Positions 38,125 through 51,344 of a stretch of DNA of 64,000 nucleotides are shown piece after piece (position 1 is the stretch's first letter; each line of letters opens with the position of its first letter). This stretch comes from Pristiophorus japonicus (taxonomy: Eukaryota), in contig NC_091998.1 of the NCBI RefSeq assembly GCF_044704955.1, forward strand, positions 12,338,001 through 12,402,000, given 5' to 3'. The notes beneath the pieces were generated by a model. The model made no database searches. It was not told where the DNA came from and saw only the letters and a list, made by a program, of their open reading frames with translations. Position numbers and translations under genes: made by a program.

Positions 38125-41100
38125 GCCGATCATGGCTGATTTGATCCGATCCTCAACTCTACTTCCCCACCCGCTCTCCATAACCCTTAACTCCCTTATC
38201 GTTTAAAAATCTGTCTATCTCCGCCTTAAATGCATTCAATAACCCAGCCTCTATAACTCTGAGGTTGAGAATTCCAAAGATTCACGACCCTCTGAGAGAA
38301 GAAATTTCTCCTCATTTTCATTTTGAATGGGCGATCCCTTATTCTTAAACTATGCCCCCTAGTTCCCTATTCCCCCTCTCTGCATCTACCCTGTCAAGCC
38401 CCCTCAGAATCTTATACATTTCAATAAGATCACCTCTCAGTCTGCTAAACCCCAATGAGTATAGGCCCAACCTGCTCAATCTTCATATGACAACCCCTTC
38501 ATCTCAGGAATCAACCTCGTGAACCTTCTCTGAACTGCCTCCAATGTAAGTATATCTTTCCTTAAATAAGAAAACCAAAACTGTATGCAGTACTCCAGAT
38601 GTGGTTTTACCAATGCCTTGTACAGTTGTAGCAGGACTTTCTTACTTTTATACTCAATCCCCTTTACAATAAAGACCAACATTCCATTTGCGTTCCTAAT
38701 TACTTGCTGTACCTGCATGCTAACTTTTTGTGTTTCATGTACAAGGACCCCCAGGTCTATCTGTACCACAGCATTTTGTAATCTCTCCCTATTTAAATAA
38801 TAATTTACTTTTTTATTTTTCCTACCAAAATGGATAACCTCACATTTTCCCACATTATACTCCATCTGCCAAATTTTTGTCAAGTCATTTAGCCTGTCTA
38901 TATTCCTTTGCAGATTCTTTGCTTTCCTCCTCAAAATTTGCTTTTCCACCTATCAGCAGCAAACTTGGCTACATTACACTCGGTGCCTTCATCCAAGTCA
39001 TTAATATAAATTGGTAATAGTTGAGGCCCCAGCACTGATTCCTGTGGCACCCCACTAGTTAGTTTGCCAACCTGAAAATGACCCCGACTCTTTGCTTTCT
39101 GTTAGTTAGCCAATCCTCTATCCACTTTAATATATTACCTCCAACCCCGAGAGCTCTTATCTTGTGCAGTAACCTTCTCTGTGGCTCGTTATCGAATGCT
39201 TTCTGGAAATCCAAATACACATCTACTGGTTCCCCTTCATCTATCCTGCTTACTACATCCACAAAAAGAATTTCAGTAAGTTTGTCAAACATTATTTCTC
39301 TTTCATAAACTCTGCTCGACTGCATTTTGATTTTCTGCTTCCTTAATGATGGACTCCAATATTTTCCCAATGACAGATGTTAGGCTAACTAGTATATAGT
39401 TTTCTGCTTTCTGTCTCCCTCCTTTCTTAAATACGGGCGTTACATTTGCGGTTTTCCAGTCCACTGGAACCTCTTCAGAATCCAGGGAATTCTGGTAGCT
39501 TATAACCAATGCATACACTATTCCTGCAACCACCTTTTTAAGAACCTAGGATGCAGGCCATCAGGTCCAGGGAACTTGTCCACCCTTAATCCCATTAGTT
39601 TGCCTCGTACTTTTTCTCCAGTGAAAGAGATTATTTTAAGTCCACCCTCCCCCCGCCCCTTAATTATTGATTATTGGGATGCTTTTAGTGTCTTCTACTG
39701 TGAAGACGATACAAAATATTTGCTCAAAGTCTCTGCCATTTCCCTGTTTCCCATTATTAATTCCCCAGGCTCATCCCCTAAGGGACCAATGTTTACTTTA
39801 GCTACTTGCTTCTTTTTTATATACCTGTAGAAGCTCTGACTGTTTTTTATATTTCTTATAATTTTCTCTCATAAGCTATTTTCTCTCCCTTTATAAATTT
39901 ATTTTAGTTGTCCTTTGCTGATTTCTAAAAATTTCCCAATCCACTGGTCTTTAGCTACTCTTCGCAACATTGTATGCCTTTGTTTTCAATTTGATACCAT
40001 CCTTTACTTCCTCAGTTAGCCACCGTTGGTTCATCCTTCTCTTAGATTCTTTCATTCTCACTGGAATATCTCTTTGCTGAGAAGTTATGAAATATTTTCC
40101 TAAATGTTTGCCACTGTTTTTCTACACTCTTACTCTTTAATATATTTTCCTAGCTTTCTCATCCTCAAACTGAATTTCAAATTCTAACATGCTATGATCA
40201 CTCTTCCCAAAAGGATATTTCACTATGAGATCATTAATTAATCCAGACTTGTTACACATTACCAGATTTAAAATAATCTGTTTCCTGGTTAGTTCCACAC
40301 AATTTGTTCCAAGAAATCATCCCGCATACACTCTATGAACTCTTCCTCAAGGCTACCTTTGCCAATTTGATTTGTCCACAATCAATATGAAGATTAAAAT
40401 CGCCCATAGAAACATAGAAAATAGGTGCATGAGTAGGCCATTCAGCCCTTCTAGCCTGCACCGCCATTCAATGAGTTCATGGCTGAACATGCAACTTCAG
40501 TACCCCATTCCTGCTTTCTCACCATGCCCCTTGATCCCCCGAGTAGTAAGGACTTCATCTAACTCCCTTTTGAATATATTTAGTGAATTGGCCTCAACTA
40601 CTTTCTGTGGTAGAGAATTCCACAGGTTCACCACTCTCTGGGTGAAGAAGTTTCTCCTCATCTCGGTCCTAAATGGCTTACCCCTTATCCTTAGACTGTG
40701 ACCCCTGGTTCTGGACTTCCCCAACATTGGGAACATTCTTCCTGCATCTAACCTGTCTAAACCCGTCAGAATTTTAAACGTTTCTATGAGGTCCCCTTTC
40801 ATTCTTCTGAACTTCAGTGAATACAAGCCCAGTTGATCCAGTCTTTCTTGATAGGTCAGTCCCACCATCCCGGGAATCAGTCTGTTGAATCTTCGCTGCA
40901 CTCCCTCAATAGCAAGAATGTCCTTCCTCAAGTTAGGAGACCAAAACTGTACATAATACTCCAGGTGTGGCCTCACCAAGGCCCTGTACAACTGTAGTAA
41001 CACCTCCCTGCCCCTGTACTCAAATCCCCTCGCTATGAAGGCCAAAATGCCATTTGCTTTCTTAACCGCCTGCTGTACCTGCATGCCAACCTTCAATGAC

Positions 41101-42372
41101 TGATGTACCATGACACCCAGGTCTCTTTGCACCTCCCCTTTTCCTAATCTGTCACCATTCAGATAATAGTCTGTCTCTCTGTTTTTACCCCCAAAGTGGA
41201 TAACCTCACATTTATCCACATTATACTTCATCTGCCACGCATTTGCCCACTCACCTAACCTATCCAAGTCACTCTGCAGCCTCATAGCATCCTCCTCGCA
41301 GCTCACACTGCCACCCAACTTAGTGTCATCCGCAAATTTGGAGATACTACATTTAATCCCCTCGTCTAAATCATTAATGTACAATGTAAACAGCTGGGGC
41401 CCCAGCACAGAACCTTGCGGTACCCCACTAGTCACTGCCTGCCATTCTGAAATGTATCCATTTACTCCTACTCTTTGCTTCCTGTCTGACAACCAGTTCT
41501 CAATCCACGTCAGCACACTACCCCCAATCCCATGTGCTTTAACTTTGCACATTAATCTCTTGTGTGGGACCTTGTCTGAAGTCTTCTGAAATTCCAAATA
41601 TACCACATCAACTGGTTCTCCCTTGTCCACTTTACTGGAAACATCCTCAAAAAATTCCAGAAGGTTTGTCAAGCATGATTTCCCTTTCACAAATCCATGC
41701 TGACTTGGACCTATCATGTCACCATTTTCCAAATGCACTGCTATGACATCCTTAATAATTGATTCCATCATTTTACCCACTACTGAGGTCAGGCTGACCG
41801 GTCTATAATTCCCTGTTTTCTCTCTCCCTCCCTTTTTTAAAAAGTGGGGTTACATTGGCTACCCTCCACTCGATAGGAACTGATCCAGAGTAATGGAATG
41901 TTGGAAAATGACTGTCAATGCATCCGCTATTTCCAAGGCCACCTCCTTAAGTACTCTGGGATGCAGTCCATCAGGCCCTGGGGATTTATCGGCCTTCAAT
42001 CCCATCAATTTCCCCAACACAATTTCCCGACTAATAAAGATTTCCCTCAGTTCCTCCTCCTTACTCGACCCTCTGACCCCTTTTATATCCGGAAGGTTGT
42101 TGGTGTCCTCCTTAGTGAATACCGAACCAAAGTACTTGTTCAATTGGTCTGCCATTTCTTTGTTCCCCGTTATGACTTCCCCTGATTCTGACTGCAGGGG
42201 ACCTACGTTTGTCTTTATTAACCTTTTTCTCTTTACATACCTATAGAAACTTTTGCAATCCGCCTTAATGTTCCCTGCAAGCTTCTTCTCGTACTCCATT
42301 TTCCCTGCCCTAATCAAACTCTTTGTCATATCTTTATTATTGCCATATCTTTCTTACAAGCCTCTATTATGA
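38125..42372 (-). mobile_element. Older CR1 LINE, interrupted by a young CR1
   Basis: Decayed RT/APE peptides at 38476-39533; the APE segment resumes after 42325 (IEACKKDMAII). Confidence 0.85.
40405..42325 (-). mobile_element. Young CR1 LINE, 5'-truncated
   Basis: ORFs 41859-42329 and 40497-41780. Confidence 0.95.
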
Positions 42373-43107
42373 AATCTTGCTGCAAACAGTCCCAGATTCT
42401 GTTGATAGTTCTCCAATTTGTTTGAAGACATCCAGACTTTGCCCTAGGAACAATTCCAAAAGTGCCTTCCCTCCTGTACTGAAAGTGCTGCCTCAAGTGC
42501 CCATCCGTCATGTTGAAATCTGGACAGCCCCCGTCAAGAACCTGGATTCTCCAGAATGGAGTGTTGGTCACTCCTCAACGGACAGCTGCAGGAAACCTAG
42601 TTGATTTCATCTGGCCTCTCTAGCATAATTGCATAAACCCCACTGCCGGACAGCAGTTGAGCACAGAAAGGGGAATCAAACCGGAGCATTTCTCATCTGC
42701 CGGACGTTGTACGCCTGGGTGGCGAATGGTGTTGAAAACCAGCCATTTACCTCTGGTATCTGGGCTTGAATCCAGCCTAGACTTGGACATATATCACTGT
42801 TCCTTCACAATAGCTGGGTCAAAATCCCAGAACCCCCTACCCAATAAGCACTGCAGGAGTACCTTCACCACATGACTGCAGCAGTTCAAGGTGGTGACTC
42901 CACCTGCACTTTCTGCCCTTGCTCACGACACTCTATCCAGAATGAATTTTCTAAACCTGGAGAAAACTTTTCTCACGTGAAGGTCCCTGTTTGAGGTACT
43001 TTAGTTGAACTCAGCTGAGACATTAGTAATCTAAAGCAATTAGTCATCAAACAATATGTAATACTACAGTGTGAAGCAAAAAAACCTGGAAATGCAAGTG
43101 ACCAAGT

Positions 43108-43113
43108 TTTATT
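43108..43113 (-). terminator. AATAAA polyadenylation signal of cyclophilin copy 3
   Basis: tttatt on + strand ~30 nt past the stop codon, conserved with copy 2. Confidence 0.75.
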
Positions 43114-43143
43114 TAAATTGTATAATTTCACTTGCAAAAATAA

Positions 43144-46100
43144 TTAGGGGAGCTGTCCACAATCGGCGATGGTAACTTTTTTGCCGGGCGTGCCACTTTC
43201 ACTGCCGCATTTTTCCATCTTCTTTACAACTTCTTTGTACCCCTCCGTCACAGTTCCAAATACAACATGCTTTCCATCCAACCTGCAAGATTCAATAACA
43301 GATATGAATGACCACAGAATCGTGCTGTGAATACGTAGAGAGAGAATACTAAATCACCACTGACTTACCACGGAGTATCGCTAGTGCACAAAAAAAACTG
43401 GGATCCATTCGTATTTTTACCAGCATTGGCCATGGACAGGATACCTGCAACAGTAAGATGACTAAATGTAAACATTCCATAAATGTTTTTACAGGAGGTG
43501 TTTAGCTTCTCTCCTGTAGAACTTGCACTTAGATGGTGCCTTCGAGGTAATACAATGTTAAAATGCATTTCTGGGCCTGAGAGAAAGAACAGGGTGAGAC
43601 ACTGAGCACAAGTTGGTGGAAAAAGATTTGAGTGACGGTCAGCGAGGTAGGTTTGCAGGCAATTTTGAAAGTGGGTAGAAATACAACAGGGAGAAGGATT
43701 TTGAAATCAGTAAATCCAAGCAACAAAGTCCTCCACAGCCCCCTTATATTCTTCTCCCTTATTGCTAGCATAAAGGCTCAGGTTTGCTATAGGAAAAGAT
43801 TGGGGGTAAAATTCCAGTTAAAGGCTTCCTTCGGACGAACGCCTCCAACCCGAGAATTTTTTGCGAAAGTACCTGGTGGTCCCGGAGGCCTTCTCTTCCC
43901 GCGCATCAGAGAGCATCCACGTCTTGGAAGTTCGGACGCAGAAGCTGGAGCTGGAGAAGCTGGAGTCACGTGGGCCTAGACAACCACAGTACAGTATTCT
44001 CACTGATAAAATGGGAACTCCGTAACTCCGAGTTCCCACTACTATCAATGAGAAGGACCCTCTAATACATCCAAACACAACATAATAAATTTTTAAAAAA
44101 ATTAAAGTTAATTAAATGTTTTAGAAAAATAAATTTGCGGGTGAAGGGGGAATGTTTTTTTTAAATGTGTTTTAGTCGGGTTTTAAATTAACTTACCTTA
44201 GTGGACAGGACCTCCACTTTAAAAATGTGATTAAATTTTATTTTTGTGTGTTTTTTAAAACTCTTACACTGGTAAAAGTAGGCTATGCACCTGCTTTTAC
44301 CAGGCGTAAAAGTTTTAAGGACATTCGCTGGGCAAGAAATGGCCAAATAGCCCAATCTCGCCTGCGCGCATGTCCTTTTCCCGGGGATGCGGAAGATCTG
44401 TCAAGCGAAACTTAGACAGATGGGAAAAGCCGCTTTTCGGTGTATGGACATGCGCGCCGAAAACCAGCTTTTGTGAGACCTCACCGGTTCCGTACACACT
44501 CCCTATGGACATGGCGAGACCGGGATGTTACAGCCACTAAGTTTAACAATTGCTTTTATTTGCTAATCATAAATCAGGTTGATGAATATTTTCACTGTAT
44601 TACCATACCAGCACTTACAGAAGAACATAAGAACATAAGAATTAGGAACAGGAGGAGGCCATCTAGTCCCTCGAGCCTGCTCCGCCATTCAACAAGATCA
44701 TGGCTGATCTGGCCGTGAACTCAGCTCCACTTACCCGTCCGCTCCCCATAACCCTTAATTCCCTTATTGATTAAAAATCTATCTATCTGTGACTTGAATA
44801 CATTCAATGAGCTAGCCTCAACTGCTTCCTTGGGCAGAGAATTCCACAGATTCACAACCCTCTGGGAGAAGAAATTCCTTCTCAACTCGGTTTTAAATTG
44901 GCTCCCCTGTATTTTGAGGCTGTGCCCCCTAGTTTTAGTCTCCCCGACCAGTGGAAACAACCTCTCTGCCTGGATCTTGTCTATCCCTTTCATTATTTTA
45001 AATGTTTCTGTAAGATCACCCCTCATCCTTCTGAACTCCAACGAGTAAAGACCCAGTCTGCTCAATCTATCATCATAAGGTAACCCCCTCATCTCCGGAA
45101 TCAGCCTAGTGAATCGTCTCTGTACCCCCTCCAAAGCTAGTATATCCTTCCTTAAGTAAGGGGACCAAAACTTCTCATGTAGACACCCACTAAATTCATA
45201 ACTAATCCCCAATACGGGTACAACTTCGAGAATCTGGAGTTCCGGAATCCGTACTGTTCTGGAATCAGGACACCGGAATGATCTGTGGTGGGGGTTGTCC
45301 AGAATCCGAAAAATGTTCCAGAATCCGGACTCCCACCTCGGGCCACTGCGGACCTCACCCAGACCTCAAGCTGCCGCAGACCTGCTCCCGCCTCGGGCCA
45401 ACCTCCCCTCCCCTATCTACCTACCTACCTACCTAGGCCCAGGCGTTTCCGGATTTGGGACATCGGAAAGACGTTCCGAAGTCCGGAAATACACAAACCT
45501 GGGCTTGGGCGTTTCCGGCTTTGGGACGTCATAATGACGTTCCGAAGTCCGGAAATACACAGAATCCGGAGCAGCCTCGGACCCGAGGCTTCCGCATTCT
45601 CGACATTGTACTCACAGGCAAGTCTGAGGTCTACAGCACTGTTGTGACGTTTAGCCAAGATGGAGTTGTGTTTAAAAACGACAAACCGTTTAAGGCCATG
45701 ACTCAGGTACTTGTTAACAGTCAGAATATCACAGAATCATAGAATGGTTACAGCACAGAAGGAGGCCATTCGGCCCGTCGAACCCGTGCCAGCTCTCTGC
45801 AAGAGCACTTCAGCCAGTCCCACTCCCCCACCCTTTCCCCGTAGCCCTGCAAATCTTTTTCCTTCAGGTATTTATCCAACTCCCTTTTGAAAGCCATGAT
45901 TGAGTCTGCCTCCACCACCCTTTCAGGCCGCACATTCCAGAGTCTAACCACTCAAGGCATAAAAAAAAATTTTCTTATGTCGTTTTGGTTCTTTTGCCAA
46001 TCACCTTACATCCAGATATAAAAGGGGTCAGAGGGTCTAGTAAGGAGGAGGAACTGAGGGAAATCTTTATTAGTCGGGAAATTGTGTTGGGGAAATTGAT

Positions 46101-49100
46101 GGGATTGAAGGCCAATAAATCCCCAGGGCCTGATGAACTGCATCCCAGAGTACTTAAGGAGGTGGCCTTGGAAATAGCAGATGCATTGACAGTCATTTTC
46201 CAACATTCCATTGACTCTGGATCAGTTCCTATCGAGTGGAGGGTAGCCAATGTAACCCCACTTTTTAAAAAAGGAGGGAGAGAGAAAACAGGAAATTATA
46301 GACCGGTCAGCCTGACATCGGTAGTGGGTAAAATGATGGAATCAATTATTAAGCATATCATAGAATGCATTTGGAAAGAGGTGACATGATAGGTCCAAGT
46401 CAGCATGGATTTGTGAAAGGGAAATCATGCTTGACAAATCTTCTATAATTTTTTGAGGATGTTTCCAGTAGAGTGGACAAGGGAGAACCAGATGATGTGG
46501 TATATTTGGACTTTCAGAAGGCTTTCGACAAGTTCCCAGACAAGAGATTAATGTGCAAAGTTAAAGCACATGGGATTGGGGGTAGTGTGCTGACATGGAT
46601 TGAGAACTGGTTGTCAGACAGGAAGCAAAGAGTAGGAGTAAATGGGGACTTTTCAGAATGGCAAGCGGTGACTAGTGGGGTACCGCAAGGTTCTGTGCTG
46701 GGGCCCCAGCTGTTTACACTGTACATTAATGATTTAGACGAGGGGATTAAATGTATCTCCAGATTTGCGGATGACACTAAGTTAGGTGGCAGTGTGAGCT
46801 GCGAGGAGGATGCTATGAGGCTGCAGAGCGACTTGGATAGGTTAGGTGAGTGGGCAAATGCATGGCAGATGAAGTATAATGTGGATAAATGTGAGGTTAT
46901 CCACTTTGGTCGTAAAAACAGAGAGACAGACTATTATCTGAATGGTGACAGATTAGGAAACGGGGAGGTGCAACGAGACCTGGGAATCATGGTACATCAG
47001 TCGTTGAAGGTTGGCATGCAGGTACAGCAGGCGGTTAAGAAAGCAAATGGCATGTTGGCCTTCATAGCGAGGGGATTTGAGTACAGGGGCAGGAAGGTGT
47101 TGCTACAGTTGTACAGGGCCTTGGTGAGGCCACACCTGGAGTATTGTGTACAGTTTTGGTCTCCTAACTTGAGGAAAGACATTCTTGCTATTGAGGGAGT
47201 GCAGCGAAGGTTCACCAGACTGATTCCCGGATTGGTGGGACTGATCTATCAAGAAAGACTGGATCAACTGGGCTTGTATTCACTGGAGTTCAGAAGAATG
47301 AGAGGGGACCTCATAGAAACGTTTAAAATTCTGACGGGTTTAGACAGGTTAGATGCAGGAAGAATGTTCCCAATGTTGGGGAAGTCCAGAACCAGGGGTC
47401 ACAGTCTAAGGATAAGGGGTAAGCTATTTAGGACCGAGACGAGGAGAAACCTCTTCACCCAGAGAGTGGTGAACCTGTGGAATTCTCTACCACAGAAAGT
47501 TGTTGAGGCCAATTCACTAAATATATTCAAAAGAGAGTTAGATGAAGTCCTTACTATTAGGGGGATCAAGGGGTATGACGAGAAAGCAGGAATGGGGTAC
47601 TGAAGTTGCATGTTCAGCCATGAACTCATTGAATGGCGGTGCAGGCTAGAAGGGCCGAATGGCCTACTCCTGCACCTATTTTCTATGTTTCTATGTATCC
47701 TCTCATTCTCGACTCCTCTGCCAATGTGAACAGTTTTGCTGCCCAGACCCCAAGTTATGAAGTCACAATTGCCATTTCTGTAGATTGTCTGGCTCACACC
47801 CCTGGGGAGAGGCCAGGTAATGACAGCGATGAATGCCAGCAGAAAGCAGCTCTTTCTCCCGCCCCCACCCCATTTTTTAATAAAAGAGTACAGTTGAAGC
47901 GTGGTACCTCAAGTATGATCAATGCAGCTCATCCAAGACTTGTGCAAACCTGAAAGGTCCCAAGACATGGATATATTGGTCAGCTACACCTTAAAGCAAC
48001 ATTAGCCCAGTTAAGACTGGTCATATTTTCAGAAATTGTAATGAACAGATGGTGCCGTTCAAAAATATAGCGAATGTAGTCAGGACTCAAAATTGAAAGT
48101 AACAATTTGATTAGCAGAATTATTCATACAGAAATAAACAGTTGCCTATATATGGCACCTTGTCAGAAATGTCTCAAAAGCTATGACTTTTGCTTCAATA
48201 TAATTTATTTGGGATTCTCCACAAGATGCAAATTTTATTTAAAAAAAAGTAATGTACATTTAATATACATGAACAGTGAGTGGTGTGAGAATTGCAAACG
48301 GTTCTGCTCGTGATTGTCACATTAAATGACTAATTAAGGACCTGCAACATTTGTAACATTGTGTGACAGACCCAAACTGCACCTTCAGTAATCCCCAGGT
48401 ACTCTTTCTCGACAAGACACACAATTGCAGTCACCCAGGAGTCCGCCCACAATGAGCATCACTGAGCCGATTGAACCTCTTCTGGTTTCCCCCCCACCCC
48501 GTCCCTCCCCGACCCCTTCCTTCACCCCAACGATCTCAACTCCCTCCCACCTCCTCCATTCCTCCCACCCCCCGCCCCTGAAAATTAATGCAAATATGGC
48601 CGCACGGATTTACCTTTGCATTTGTGTGTCAGTTTGAAGTTCTCATCCTCAAACTTCTCACCGTAGATGGACTTTCCACCTGTGCCATTGTGATTTGTGA
48701 AGTCACCACCCTGTACAATTGAAAGTGGAACATGTCATTAGTCGCTTACAAGCACAGAGACATTCCAACTATTCGCAAAATAAAGTTGCTCCTCACCTGG
48801 CACATGAAGCCAGGAATGATTCTGTGGAATGTGGAGCCATTGTATCCAAAACCCTTCTCACCGGTGCACAATGCACGAAAGTTTTCTGCAACAAAGCCAT
48901 TCAGAGTAAGACCAGACATCGATACAACTGAGACTTTCTTCAGCTCAACAGTCAGTTCCTGGGACTTACCTGCAGTCTTTGGGACCACATCAGCCCTGAG
49001 CTGAAAGAGACAACAGTGCACAGCTTCAGTATATCGACCATGTACAATAATAAAACACTACAGATTTACAGCCGTAATCACGGTTCAAACATTATATTGA

Positions 49101-51306
49101 GAAGATTTGTAAAAGCTAATCACAATCACATATGAACAAGTTTTATACAGACCAACGGTAACAACGGTAACTGCTGCTGGACTTGGATGCAATTATTTTA
49201 CCATTTACCTGATCATTAAGCATCTAACAGTGATTCTTAAACTTGTGTGGGGAAATTCCTGTAATTCCCAACATACTCCCGGGGTCCCTTACTAATATTG
49301 TCTGGGGAACCCTCATTTCACAAAGACAATGCCAGCGAGTCAATGGAAACCAGTGGTATCATTGCAGGAATTACTGGGATTTTTTGTAGTTGTAAACACA
49401 TTGGGGAAAGAGGGAGAAAAGAGCGAAAAGGAGAAGCCCAAACTTACGGCTACCCTCTGCCCCCCGTCTTGGCACCGGCCCAAAGTCCTATCATGGAACT
49501 TGTTACCTCATGAGTAGCAACCCCAACTGCCCCATCAGACGCTCTCACCAATCATTGATTCCTGGTCCCTATGCCAGCTGACATTATAAGTGGTTCCTTC
49601 TCTTCAGGTTCTGTTCGTGGAAAGTTAAAGTGTTAAAAATCTGAGTCCCAACCGGAACCTGCCCACTTCCGATTTTAATGGAGGTAGAACGGGGCGCACA
49701 GCCAACCTGCTCCCAGGAGACGGGTCGCCCATTTAAATTTAATGAGGCTGGAAGCCTCTGATTTAACTTCAGCTGGTCGGGTTTTGCAGGCCTCGTGAAA
49801 TTTTACACTTACCTCCTGGATCCAGCATCCGTGCCTAACTCCACCCCCCACTAATGTTGCGTTAGTGAGTTTATTTACATAGGATATACGGCACGGAAAT
49901 AGTACATTCAGCCCGTCCAGTCCATGCTGGCGTTTATGTTCCACTCGAGCCTCCCGTCTTTCCTCATCTAAATCTATCAGCATAACCCTCTACTCGCTTC
50001 CCGCTCATGTACTTATCTAGCCTCCGCTAAAATGCATTTATACTTCAACCACTCCCTGTGGTAGCGAGTTCTACATTCTCACCACTCTGGGTAAAGAAGC
50101 TTCTTCCGAATTCCCCATTGAATTTCTTGGCGACTAACTTATATTGATGGTCTCTATTTATGCTCTTCCCCATAAGTGGAAACATACTCTCTGTATCCAC
50201 TTTATCAAAACTTTTCATCATTTTTAAGACCTCTATTAGGTCGCCCCTCAGCCTTCTCTTTTAAAGCAAAAAGAGACCCAGCCTGTTCACCCTTTCCTGA
50301 CAGGTATAACCTTCCATTTCTGGTATCATCCTTGTAAATCTTCTCTACACCCACTCCAGTGCCTCTATATCATTCGTAGAATATGACGACAATGTCTGTA
50401 CACAGTACTCCAAGCATGGTCCGACTCGTGTTGCATTCCTACTGTTAGTTTTGAACCCAGTTTTGCAGCGGCTCCACACATTCCAGATGCTCCACACCCA
50501 GTGGCTGTTGCTCTGCACAGGCCTGCACCTGAGCCCCGCCCCGCACCCCTCCCAGCGACGCGTGATCTCGGGAACTGCTCCCCCAGCGGCCGGCCCGCGG
50601 AGAGGTATTAGGCGGTCCCTCGTGTCGTGGATGACCCACTTCCACACCAAAAAGGGATGAGTTCACCGGTGTTTCAATGGGGGAACCTGACATTCCGAGC
50701 TCCGAACTACATATTGAAGGGATGAGTTCACCGGTGTTTCAATGGGGGAACCTGACATTCCGAGCTCCGAACTACATATTGAAGGGCGGAAGATGCCTGT
50801 GTGTGGATTTTTTAACGTGGGATGGCTGTTGCACACCAGCCACCACACGGGCTTGACAGAGCTAGGTCTTGGTCCAGTGGCAAGGGTTAACCAGGACAAC
50901 TGGAGACCAGGCTGTGCTGCATGGACCTGGAGCACACACATACTCCGACTATCCATAGATCTCAGAATGGGCTGGCCCGTGCTGCTAGTCTAAAAGGCTT
51001 GTGATTAAATCCAATTGGCAACAGCAGCAATATCATCATCTTCCTCTGAAAAAAAAGATCAATACTCATCAGTGGCTGTTGGAACCAGTCAAACTACTCC
51101 AATCCCAGGCCACTGAAATAGGAGACAAACGGTATCACCATGCAGCAAAATAGGACCTTTAGAGAGTAATTTCTTAGTAAATTGGACATTGCGAGCACTA
51201 TCATTCACTGACTCCTGGAAGCGCAACTCACCGTCATCACGATCCGGCCCAGACTTTTGCCGTCTATATCGATGTCCATGAAAACCCGGGGATTGTTAGC
51301 AGCCAT
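43144..51306 (-). CDS. Cyclophilin-type peptidyl-prolyl cis-trans isomerase, copy 3 (complete, 168 aa)
   Basis: Exons complement(51232-51306, 48970-49000, 48797-48885, 48614-48710, 43369-43444, 43144-43282) = 75/31/89/97/76/139 nt, GT-AG, open frame. [168 protein letters not shown]. Confidence 0.96.
43801..44537. mobile_element. Non-autonomous DNA transposon (Harbinger-like MITE) in copy 3 intron 4
   Basis: Imperfect TIRs ggggtaaaattcc / gggatgttacagcc; absent at the homologous site in copies 1 and 2. Confidence 0.6.
44622..45172 (-). mobile_element. CR1 3' fragment (different subfamily, ttcttatg tail)
   Basis: ORF 44721-45212 RT C-terminus. Confidence 0.9.
45221..45608. mobile_element. Tc1/mariner-pogo-type MITE
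   Basis: TA at both ends (45219-20 and 45609-10), TIRs caacttcgagaatc / cattctcgacattg, internal tccgga repeats; empty site in copy 2. Confidence 0.7.
46010..47695 (+). mobile_element. Young CR1 LINE in copy 3 intron 4
   Basis: ORFs 45985-46389 and 46473-47603; tail. Confidence 0.94.
50610..50990 (-). mobile_element. Short RTE-related element (RTE 5' region) containing an exact 65-bp tandem duplication (50652-50786)
   Basis: Reverse-complement similarity to the RTE 5' region at ~51990-52140. Confidence 0.6.
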
Positions 51307-51344
51307 CGCGCAGGGTTTGCGGAGATGCCGAGCTCAGTGTGTTC

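Noticed and set aside
42326-42604. Possible exon of an unrelated gene
   Set aside because: The end of the ORF is the continuation of the old CR1 endonuclease; the remainder has stops after the candidate acceptor and no recognisable homology.
6211-51306. TRIMCyp-like fusion or retrocopy origin of the cyclophilins
   Set aside because: Each copy has its own ATG, promoter and introns; no RING, B-box or coiled-coil exons were seen.
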